A stretch of DNA of 63,942 nucleotides, counting the filler, from Albugo candida (lineage: Eukaryota), in the NCBI GenBank assembly GCA_040437565.1. It is 14 parts of 14 records of this genome, joined end to end, with 100 filler letters (N's around TTAATTAATTAA, not from the genome) between each part and the next. Parts side by side here need not be neighbours in the genome. Positions count along the whole stretch, not along the records: positions 1 to 4,706 come from JBDOQK010000174.1; positions 4,807 to 9,484 come from JBDOQK010000175.1; positions 9,585 to 14,159 come from JBDOQK010000176.1; 11 more parts are not named here. One strand, given 5' to 3'. Of this stretch, positions 1-10,649 are shown piece after piece (position 1 is the first letter of the stretch; each line of letters starts with the position of its first letter). The notes under the pieces are model-generated. The model saw only the letters and a list, made by a program, of their open reading frames with translations, searched no databases and was not told where the DNA came from. The translations under genes and the position numbers were made by a program.

Positions 1-3000
1 CAACAAAAATAGTTAATGTAAAACCTGAAAGTAATGCTTCCACTGAGTTTAAGCCACCAAAATTACAAGTCATGACTCATGAATTCATATAAAAAGGTAG
101 AGACTGATCTCACGTTTTTTTTCCGAACTTTTCTTCTTTTTGGGTATTATACGGAGTTTATATGCCCTTTAGACAGGTTGAAAAAAAATAATAACCACAA
201 AAAATTACCATATATAGAACTGTATAGCTTTCATGAAATAAAGACAATTAGTATATAAATGAGTTTAAGAATTGAAGATAGGGACAAAAAAAGTTTGTTC
301 TATTGTTCTATACTCTTCTATTGAGTATTGTAGTGTTTTATTTTCGAATCTGCGTTGATTCAAAATTTTCAGATTTCACAATTATAATAATAATCGTAAG
401 ACGTTTTATCTTAATCTCGCGTTTTCCTTAAGTACATCATTTACAATGTCAAACAATAAAAAAAGTAAAGAGAAAGGAAAGCATATCAGCAAAAAGAATA
501 AAGATAAAGGAAAAGGAAGAGCTAAGGAAGTTGATTCTACAAATGAACCACCTAAGCTAATGTTAAGACTCAAGCTTCCTACAATTGTGAATAAAAATGG
601 GGAGTCATCAGGACAGGCCTCAAACGCAACTGAAAAATCTTTAACATCGAACGTACAACCAAAGATTTTTCTTAGATTACCTGCCTTTAAGCCTGTTGAT
701 GTTTTTCAGATGGTAGAACAAGCAAATTTAAAAAGGCCATTAAGAATTACGGAAGAATCTTCATCCGAAGAGGAGGAGCAGCCAGAGGTTCAAAGTGGGG
801 TAACAAATTTCAGGGTTAATGAATCACCGAGAAAAAAACGTAAGTCTCGAAACAGCTATCAGCGCCAGTATCAGCTAAGTGTGCAGCAGCGTGAATATCA
901 GCGTGGGTATCAGCAAAGTGAGCAACAGCGCGAATATCAGCGTGAATACCAGCAACGTTATCGTCGTCAAGCACATTCTACACCAACACCTTCTGTAAGT
1001 AAACAAAAAACAAATGAAAAATTATTGATAGAATGATAATAATAATTCCTTTTAACGTATAGCTTTCTCCTTGGGAAATAACTCGCCAATCTTACGAAAA
1101 GGCTATTAAAGAGGGTCCTACAGTAGTTTGTATTTGCTGCGCTGGGTTATTTTTTGTGAAAGGTGTTTCATTATTTAATAAACAAGATATTTCAGAAAAA
1201 TGGGGATGTGAAAAAGAGATTGTTGATGCTGCATTTTGGACTGTTGATAACAATGTTTTCAATTCTCATAGAAATATTGTAATTAGTAAAGGCAACGATA
1301 ATAAGTATTACTTTTGTGCTACTTGTAAAGGTTCTTTAAAAAGTAAAAAGGTTCCTACAATTGCATTAATGAAAGGATTAAATTTTCCATCAAAAGTTGC
1401 ATGTATTGAAAGGTTAACTAGATTAGAAGAAAGATTGGTAGCACCTAGACATTTCTTTCAAAGCATCTACACTCATAAAGGTGAATCGGGACAATACAAA
1501 AGTAAAGGTGGAATTGTAAATGTACCCGTTACTGTTGATACTACTGTTAATAGTCTTCCAAGAAACCTGGACGAAAGTAATACTATCCATGTTAGTTTGG
1601 CTAGAAAACTTACTTTCAAAACTGATTACATGAAAGGTATCATTGATCCTAATTTGGTTTGGGAAGCAGCAAGATATCTAAAAGATAGACCTTTGTTTGT
1701 TAAATACGATGTCACTCTTACTGATAATGATTTATGGAAGGAAAACAATGGATATAATAATGATGGAAACGTTGATGATATTAACGGCAATGATGTAGAA
1801 TCCGAAAATAATGCTTCTTCTACTACTGATGATGAACCTTTAAATGTTCTTGGTACTGATTCACTCATCACTTCGGACAACAATACTTCAATCAGATTAG
1901 CTCCTGGTGAAGGTTCGACACCTCTTTCGTTAATCAAAGATAAAGATAGTGATTTCTTATCGTTCCTGAAAATATTTTGTGGTGAAAGATTAGCTGCTGT
2001 TGATAGCATTTCTTATGCTGCATTAAGTAAATCCATTTCAAGAAGATTTGATAGAAGAGCAGTGGAAAGAGCTGATTATTTATTGTATATGGATCGCAAA
2101 CGTCAGTTGTTAAAAATGTGCTCCAACATCAATACTATATTAAGAAAAAGAAATAATATGCAAAACGATAATCAACCCTTTACAGTTAAAGATGTCGGTG
2201 ATGAAGACCACGTTGCTCGTCTTTTAAATAAAGATCAAGCATTTAAAACCTTCTCTGGTATTCGATCGTCACCTGAGTTCTGGAAAGAACAGAAAAAAAA
2301 TTCAATGGCCATGATTAGACAACTTGGTATCCCTTCTGTTTTTGTCACAGTTTCAGCAGCGGAAACAAAATGGTATGAGTTACTGGTTATTTTGAAAAAA
2401 GTTGTTGATGATGATATCATTACTGAAGAGCAAGCTGAAACATTAACTTATAACGAAAAAGCAAGGTTATTACAAAGTGATCCAATTACTACTGCTCGCT
2501 ATTTTGATCACCGTTTTAGAGAATTAAAAAAGACATGGAATGATGAAAATGGACCTTTTAATCAGTACACAGTAGAAGATTATTTTTTTCGTGTTGAGTT
2601 TCAGCACCGAGGCAGCCCTCATGTACACATGCTTTTGTGGTTAAAGAATGCCCCAATTTATGAAAACAGATTATTCGAATTACCTTCTGAAGCTAATCGG
2701 TATAATAGAAATACATGTGATTTCGTTGATAGTATTTACACTTGCAGTAAAGTTTGGGATGGTAGTGCTCATCATGATGTGCTTTCTAAAAGTGATGAAG
2801 AGACCTGGAAGCTATTGCTCAAGCGACAAACACACCACCACACCAGTTCTTGTAGAAGAAAGAGAGGAGGAGATAAGATTGTTTGTAGATTCAATATGCC
2901 TTTCATGCCAATGCTTGAAACTACAATTATGACTCCCTTGGATTGCACTGATCTTTCTGAATTTCAAATAAAAAGATACAAGGATTTGAACAAGAATATT

Positions 3001-4706
3001 AGAGTTTATTTAGATCAAAATCACAAAACTCTTTCTGATTCTGATATGTCGTTCGAAACCTTTTTAGAACAAGTTGGGATTTCATCATATAAAGATTATA
3101 CAAGAGCTTTAAGAATCAATCTCAAATTAAACAAAGTTTACTTAAAGAGACAGCCAAATGAAGTTATGATCAACAATTATAATACAAAAATTATTAGTAT
3201 GTTCAGATCAAATATGGATATTCAATATGTGCTTGATCCTTATGCTTGTGTTGCTTATATTTTGGACTATGTTAACAAAGCTGATAAAGGTTTAAGTAAA
3301 TCTATGGAGGAAATTTATGTAAAACATAAAGATGATCCTGAATCTTCTTCTTTTGATATGTTAAAGTCTTTAGCATCGACATTTTACAATTCATCAGAAA
3401 TATCAGCACAAGAAGCGGCATACAATCTGTTAAGTATTAAAATGGTGGAATCAAGTTGTGTCACTATTTTTGTTCCTACTTCTAGACCTGAAAACAGAAC
3501 ACATATATTGAAAGCTCAAGCTGACTTGGATAAATTAGATGGTAATTCAACAGATTGCTTCGTTCATGGATTAGTTGATCATTATGTAAACCGTCCCAAT
3601 TCTCTTGAATCTATCACTTTGGCTCAATTTGCTTCATACTTTGAAATCAGCTTAAAAGATCCTAGATCTAGAAAGAAGTTTAATCCTGAAAATGAATTTG
3701 TCGAATTAAACGAGGATACTAATAATGATGATCCTACTATTAGTAATTCTTCTGGTCAACGTCAAGAAAACAATACTGCTGATACTACTACTACTAATAG
3801 TAATTTTGGTAATCCTGGTGTCGTATTCAAATTGAAAAATGATTCTGGTTTCCTCTGTAGAAGAAAAGTATCTAAGATTATTCGTTATTATAAATTTAAC
3901 ATTGATGATGATCGCGATGAATACTTTAGAGTATTGCTCATGTTATACTATCCTTGGAAAAATGAAGCTGAAGATCTTTTAAACATCGACACTGAAGCTA
4001 AATTTAATGAAAACATGGAATCTATCATGGCTGCTAAAAGAGAATTTTGTAAGATCGATGATGCAACCTTGGATGGATACATGGAACAGTTACAAGAAGA
4101 GGCTCAAATCAATCAAGAAGAAGGCGAAAATGAAGAAGAAGCAGCTACTGGTATGAACGTTAATCCTGATGGAAAAAACGATTTCGCAAGGTATACTGTT
4201 GATGTTGATGATTCTCATGAAGGTGATTATCATAGAAATGGTGATATAGCGGAAGAATTAAGTAACAGCACTTCAAGAAAGGATGGCAGTAAAACTTATC
4301 TCGAAAAAGTTTCATTACCAAGTAGATTAAGTCAGCTTGAATTTCAAACTCTGGTATCAAAATTAAATAATAAGCAACGTGAATATCTGGTACACTTGAC
4401 TGATCATATTCGTTATAATCGTGAAAGAGATAAGGTTAGAATGTTTACAAATCAAAATGAAACTGTAAAAACCTTCAAGCCTTTTTACCATTTTGTTACT
4501 GGTGGAGCTGGTGTGGGCAAAAGTATGCTCATTAAAGCATTATACGAAAGCCTTCAAATTGAATTTGGTAACGATCGTGATTTGGAAATTTCAGCTTCCC
4601 CTGTTTTGCTCACAGCACCTACTGGTAAAGCTGCTTTTAATATCAAAGGTCAAACTCTCCATTCTGCATTTGAATTACCTGTTAGTCAATATGGCAAAGC
4701 AAAATT
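1..4706 (+). mobile_element. Rolling-circle transposon (Helitron superfamily), partial; termini not resolved
   Basis: The contig is almost entirely an uninterrupted RepHel gene in very AT-rich DNA. Confidence 0.8.
446..4706 (+). CDS. Helitron-family RepHel protein (HUH Rep + PIF1-like helicase), Helentron/Helitron2 type; 3'-truncated by contig end
   Basis: Exon 1 (446-994) and GTAAGT..TAG intron (995-1062) join in frame to the 1200-aa ORF, adding EGPTVVCICC. Rep motifs: FVTVSAAETKW, FRVEFQHRGSPHVHMLLW (HUH) and YILDYVNK. Helicase: Walker A GGAGVGKS and APTGKAAFNIKGQTLHSAF. Confidence 0.9.
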
Positions 4707-4806
4707 NNNNNNNNNNNNNNNNNNNNNNNNNNNNNNNNNNNNNNNNNNNNTTAATTAATTAANNNNNNNNNNNNNNNNNNNNNNNNNNNNNNNNNNNNNN
4801 NNNNNN
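4707..4806. other. Artificial contig linker (44 N + TTAATTAATTAA + 44 N); first of 13
   Basis: Identical 100-bp linkers at 4707-4806, 9485-9584, 14160-14259, 18805-18904, 23440-23539, 28066-28165, 32691-32790, 37273-37372, 41777-41876, 46256-46355, 50720-50819, 55173-55272 and 59622-59721. The 12-mer places stop codons in all six frames. Contig lengths fall monotonically (4678, 4575, 4545, 4535, 4526, 4525, 4482, 4404, 4379, 4364, 4353, 4349). Confidence 0.99.
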
Positions 4807-4845
4807 CCTGTTTGCGGAACAAATGCCAGCATATTCACCAGGTGA
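4807..4845 (+). CDS. Last 12 codons of a paralog of the 44085-45305 pepsin-fold-like gene
   Basis: Reads PVCGTNASIFTR*, which aligns with the C-terminus LACRTNSSIFSK* of 44085-45305. The DNA downstream is also homologous to the reverse complement of ~43900-44085. Confidence 0.65.
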   Translation, partial: PVCGTNASIFTR

Positions 4846-4859
4846 AGATTACGAGGTAG

Positions 4860-6345
4860 TTTGAACATGGACTTTGCTTCGCTTCAGTTGTTTCGTGCCA
4901 CCATCCTGTATCTCTCAAAGCTCTAGACTCAAGACCAATACGCCCTACCAGTTTGCAAAACCGAGTTTATCATTCCTTAAGCATAGTCTCGAGCTTTCCT
5001 TCACAAAGATAGACCGACGAAGTGGATCTTTTTGATGAATTATGCATCACCGAAGCAAGTCATGAACTTGAGGCTAGTTGAATGCATATCATGCTGCTGC
5101 CTCCGTTGATCTAAGAGTTTTTGGGTGGGTTTCAGCGGGTGTCAAGTTTGGATACAAGTTTGTGAAGACGTGATTTCAGTGAGCTCGCTGTCGTCTCCAC
5201 AAGGAGTGGTTCCTGATGTACACCTCTGCCATATATCTTCCCCCTGTCTGATCATGCTAAAATGCACATTCGCGTGTTTCTTCTGATACACTCCATGTTA
5301 ACTTCACAAGGTGAGGATGTGACATAGTATACTCTTGGTCGCATCAAGTAGTATGTCATTGACAGTGTGATTGAATGACAAGTACATTGTATCTGATGGA
5401 AATGCGGCTGACCATACAGATTATTGATTGACACCAAAAATAGCTTGCTTAGATCCATTACCATTTCGCCAACCCGTGTTGTTGGTTGGCCGCAGATATG
5501 AAACTAGCTGAGTCAGTTGATATATATAACTGGAGGATCTCGCGTATATGGTACACAGTGTGCAAAAGTCTAATTGTACACGTAAGATGCAACGCCCTTG
5601 TTGCCAACCATGTGAATCTACCATAATCTTCCTTGATGTACAGGCACTAAACCCATTTGTAGCTGTGCAGATATTTTGCCGTCGTCTCTCTCTTGATCAG
5701 CTTTAGTACACTTGTCGTAGTCGTACGCTCTTGAAGTTGCAATTCAAACAGGTCTGAAGCGCAAAATCATTAGTGTCAGCTGTGTGCAGTATGCGGGATC
5801 TTGACACTGTGAATGACTCCGTACGACAGCGTGGTTGCAAGATTCTGCCGCATTCTACTGTTTCTGTTACGTCATCGTGGAGACCACCATAAGTCAGTTC
5901 GACGTCGCTTGTGGAGTTTCCAGTCGACCGACTGCAAAAAGTTTTCCATCAGCGTTCTGACTCATTCGCATCAAAAAGCTTTGCAGCTCTGTAACGTAAG
6001 AAGAGAGCCTGAGATGTCCCGACACAATCCTTCTTTCCACACAGAAATAATTTCCAAGCCTATCTCATTGTCCACTCGATGCGCACCTTGCAAACAAGAT
6101 CCAATCGCTTCTGTTCACGAGTGAAAGCGTCACGTAAGAGCTATTCCGCATGTTGGGCAATTAGATAGCTTGCTTTGAACCAAACTCACACGAGTCAATG
6201 TCCATACCAAAACACACAGAAACCAATACACATTGAGATTCCAATCAGAGAGCGTCCAAGGTTTACAGTCACATCCCCCAAACTTAATAATTCTTTCTAT
6301 GACAGCACAATGGTGAGGAATTAGACAGAATAATGTCACGTGCAT
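4860..6345 (-). pseudogene. Degenerate unidentified gene ('gene X') of the amplified cassette, copy 1
   Basis: Clear DNA homology to 18905-20075 and to the reverse complement of 42560-44010. Only broken, frame-shifted ORF fragments remain. Strand and boundaries are approximate. Confidence 0.45.
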
Positions 6346-6444
6346 AGTTTCTGGTTTGAGATGATTTATCAGAAGTAGACACGTATGTCAATTGGTCATT
6401 AAGATCAATATACTACTGCATCCATTACTTATAAATGATCGCAC

Positions 6445-8600
6445 TTAGAAGTCAAAGCGCCGAGAAGCTGTAAATTTGATTTGCCTCATACATGGATAGG
6501 TAACTCGAGAATATCGTAAGGCGGTCAGCATTTCATCAACGCATTCGTTATTGCACACTTGCAGGTACCAAAAACATGTGACACACGTTATGTCAGGACT
6601 TGAGATGAATGAAATTGCCCGGACTTTTGAACTAGATCGAACACATTGTAGAGCGTATCTTTTCGAAATGATGAGAAACGCGCTATCCGATTTGATGTAC
6701 TGGATGCGCATACTACTGTTCAGTATGGCTGACAAGGTGTATCGTAATCCGCGCAGTCAAACGATTGGTAAAGAGGAAAGACGCCAATCGATTTCATCAG
6801 CATGTCCGACGGTACAACGGGATCTACAAATTTCATAATGGAGTATCTGGCCACGTTATGCAAATCTTGAAAGAAAAAAGACCAAGGGAAGACCAGTGTC
6901 ATCGTAAGACTTTGTCCTTACATCCGATTTTAAAATACTTTGGAAATAATTGTACCATGTGAAACGATACTACCTCGAAATTTGGGAATTCATCGATCTG
7001 CTATTCTCTGCCGCTGGCCAAATTATTGCTGCATTGAGTCAAATGTATCTTTGGTAAAGGTTCTTTTGGCATATCAAGCGGAAATCGAACGGTAAATACA
7101 GTTAGACGATTTACAAGCAGCGATGGATGTGTTGGGTTCTTTGCTGACTGTAATCGATGTTGATTTTTGGTACAATCGCCATTTGGGGAACGACGTATCC
7201 GATCAAGTTGCAATTGAGTGGATTGGAAACGAATGGTCCAAGCTGCTTGCAAATACAAAGTCATTGCAAAATACGACACATATGTGATAAATCAGAGCGT
7301 AGAAGACATCTGGAGCACACGGGACGCGATGGCGCGATATATATAGGTCAGCTGATCGCCAGGCTTGTGGATCACAACAATTGACGAGTCGAGTGTGAGT
7401 TTGATACCGATAAGCTCGTTGTTGGGCTACTGGCTACTTGAGATATTTGAAAGACTCCAGCAATACTTTCATCGACGCGTTCTTCGTCTTAAATAAGAAA
7501 TTTGTGAATATGGAACTAGGATTCACGTCCAGCTGGTACAAATGAAAGCGGGACAAATCGGTGTAGTTCAAGGACCCAAGCTCGCAATCACTTGACAGAG
7601 CTGCTTGATACAAGTGGAGTCCCCAGTTACCACTATGTGCGATGTCTTAAGCCAAACGACACCGCAACACCTTCCAAGTTCATTGCCAGATGTGATTGGA
7701 GAGTAGCCATTCAATTCGTAGAAGAACAGTTGGCAAAACGGTATGCCGAATTATCGTAAATATCCAGGCAATGGTACCCGGATTTATACAATGTCATCGA
7801 CATAGACGTCAGAAAATTGCTTGTGTCCGTATACAAAGCGCTGTCGAGGTTTCCTCGTCCGATATAGATTCATCAAGCGCCAAGAACGTCTTCGACCGGA
7901 AGCTGATAGAGTCTGTCAGCTTCAGAAGTAAAGCATGAGCCATCTTTGAACGATCCAAAGCTCATTCGCCAATAACGGAGTTCAGAACAAATATCCGATG
8001 ACTCTTTGATGAAAGCTCTCGACCAACTGCAATATCACTGAAAAATGGCGCAGAACTGATCGATCGTGGTCAGTCACAATGGATCCCGAGGACCCAGTCT
8101 AGCATGTCGCCGCCAATTGCTGTAACGCTCACGACGTGTTGCGTCTGCTACAAAATGGCTCCGATATCAATATTCGTAATCGTCGTAGTCGAAGATCGTT
8201 GCATGCTGCTTTACCACACGACGACGTTCAAGTGATGGAAAATTTACTGGATTGGGATGCAGATGTGGTAGCACAAAACGCCGATGGGAATACTCTACTT
8301 CATCTAGCAAGAGATACAAAAGGTGCTTTGATGCTAGTGGGAGACGAGGTGGGGTGTACAAACAATATCGGGAATGACGTAGGTCGAACAACTTTTGTCG
8401 ATGATTTAGATCGTGGCGACATCTCACTGTACATGCTCCTATGCAATTCGAAGCAGATGTGCCATTTCAAGAACTGAAACATCAAACTGCATTGTATCTC
8501 GCACTCGTATAGCAGTTCGTGTGAGTCTGCCAAGAAATGCATCCTTCTAATCGATCGCATCTCGTAGTAGGGTGTATGCCCCTTCCTGGCGTTGTGTTCC
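6445..8600 (+). pseudogene. Myosin (motor + IQ + ankyrin repeats) pseudogene, copy 1
   Basis: Ordered, frameshifted myosin motifs: FSMADKVYRN; HPILKYFGN..NDTTSKFG (cf. NPILEAFGNAKT.RNDNSSRFGK); RDGAIYIGQLIARLVDHNN; ERLQQYFH; HYVRCLKPND. Then IQ motifs IQAMVPGF and IQSAV, then ankyrin repeats (LLQNGSDINIRN; NADGNTLLHLA). Confidence 0.85.
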
Positions 8601-8802
8601 CAAGACTCTTAATCATTTACTTCGCTTCTATCCCTTGTATTTGGAACTGCCTCGTGAAGAGGAGCTCGTGGAGATATCGACAGTAGAGCTCGTGCAAATG
8701 AGGCTATGATAAAAGGTTGAACGCATGAAATCATGTGCAGGATATGTATGAAGCATTAACTTTTTCCTTAGAGCGATCCATCCGCTTTAAGTGTAATGGC
8801 AT

Positions 8803-9484
8803 CTAATCTTCATCCGAAAGCATCGACCCGTACTCTTCTTTGATCTCGTCGTGGTCCGCGGAAGCACGATTGTTCATTGAGCTGCTCGCCTCTGCTGCGT
8901 TCGTGGAACTTGACACGCTTTGTCTTTTATTGCTCGCCTTTGCTCTGCTATCCTTATCAAAGGACTCGCTCAACTCCTTCCTCTTCTCTCCTCCTTCCCA
9001 ATTAGGTTTCTCCTTTCGACAGAAAAAGTTATACTTCTTCGTTTCACCCCTCGTATCGATCCCGATTTTGCTCATGAGTAAATAGGCAAACCCTAGCACC
9101 AGAGCGCCATTTTCGCTCAGAGCGACACGTGCCGGATGGTTGTCCAGCACACTATCGATATTTTGTGGTGTTCTAAGGCAGATTCCCTGTTTTACTGGAA
9201 TCGAAATTCCTTGGAATAACGCTAGATAAGAACTTCTCTCGCCAATAAGTGTTTTGTATTTGCGGTCTTCAGATATTTTGTAACCTTCAATCTGGAGCTT
9301 ACGTAGAAACTCTTCATACAGATCTTCTGGAAGTTTGACCAAATCATCACCAAATCGAATTTCCACCATTTGATTTTTAGACAAAATGCCACCATACTCA
9401 ATTTTATCAAACACAAGATCGCTCTCAAGTATGTAATCGGACTCTTCAGCATTAGACATGCTAAAAGAAACACTGAGCAAATTT
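8803..9484 (-). CDS. Divergent pepsin-fold (A1 aspartic protease-like) protein, apparently non-catalytic; 5'-truncated
   Basis: Open from contig end to stop. Clear paralog of 22441-23439. VEIRFGDDLVKLPEDLYEEFL and ALVLGFAYLLMSKIGID..KKYNFF follow the pepsin C-lobe pattern (xxDSGT..LP..Y / ILG..FL....FD....xGF) without the catalytic Asp. The fold assignment is by eye. Confidence 0.6.
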
Positions 9485-9584
9485 NNNNNNNNNNNNNNNN
9501 NNNNNNNNNNNNNNNNNNNNNNNNNNNNTTAATTAATTAANNNNNNNNNNNNNNNNNNNNNNNNNNNNNNNNNNNNNNNNNNNN

Positions 9585-10447
9585 TCTTCTTCTTCCTCAT
9601 CATCTTCTTCTTCACCATTATCAGTTGTTGCTTCATCAGCAGAGCCAAAAAGATCTCCATAAACTTCTGGTTTCTCCACCTCAAACTGATCATCATCCAT
9701 TGGGTTAGTAGGAACATGATTTTGGCGATAGGTTGCTTCATTTACTTCTTTACCCAAATCATTCTCATCACCTACAGCAACACCTGAACCAATTACCAAA
9801 GTTTTTAATTCAAAATGAGGTTCGTATTTTGCCTCAAAAGGAAACTTATCACAGAAAGTAGCGAAAAGAGCAGTAATAAGCGCAAGGGAGGGTCGAAGAG
9901 TTTTTAACTTGTTCTCCTCCAATAAACAAAACTTATTGATTAATCTTTGAGCAGGAGGGGCTTCAACTCTCCAAGACAAAATAGAGTTTTCTTTAAGAAA
10001 ATCTCTTGCACCCTCAAAGTGACACAAATGAACTATTCTTGGTTTCATGTTGAACTCCAAGATTCTTTTACTGACAATGGCCGAAGTAGCGTACGCGTAA
10101 GAGACTACCATTGCTTGAAGAATGGAAAATTTAAACATCTGCCATTTCTTCAATTCTTTTTCGAATCGCAACAAGAGTGATTTCCGGTCATTGTTGGCTA
10201 ATCTTATTTCTTCTCCAACTGCTTCTTTAATTCTATTCATTCTGCTTGTACGAAGAATACTACGTTTATTATTCTTATAATGCGTCGTTTGAGATCTTCT
10301 ATTTCTGGCCCGTTGTTTTTCAAGTCTTTCTTGTTTGACCTCAGCTGTAATGATTTTTTTTGTCTTCTTGGTGCTTGGTTTTTTTGAAGAGGGTGTAGTT
10401 GCTTGTGGTGTAGCTGAACGGGGAGTAGTTGATCTGGTGGTAACCAT
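9585..10447 (-). CDS. Hypothetical protein divergent from transposase; basic N-terminal region, acidic tail; 3'-truncated
   Basis: Uninterrupted ORF from ATG 10447 (MVTTRSTT..) to contig end. Basic stretch RLEKQRARNRRSQ and Asp/Glu-rich C-terminus. Confidence 0.75.
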
Positions 10448-10649
10448 TGTAATATTATTGAATAATAAATAAAAGAGCAAAAAAGATGGGAAGAATTTAA
10501 TATTTTGATAAATCTGGAAAAATCTTTTATTTTTGCCCCTTAATTTTAATAATATTAAAATACCTTTCATGCATTAAATTCTGTCAAAATATTTTTTTAC
10601 TTTTTCTCTTTTTATTATATTTCATTTTTCAAAAATAAATTACTTAACA

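Noticed and set aside
4493-4762. ORFs extending into N runs (also 9529-9741, 27923-28117, 41829-42023, 57114-57571)
   Set aside because: Their ends are set by the artificial linker or gap, not by real sequence.
8136-8477. Stand-alone ankyrin-repeat gene
   Set aside because: It is the tail fragment of the frameshifted myosin pseudogene, and the homologous stretch at ~21830-22150 is disrupted.
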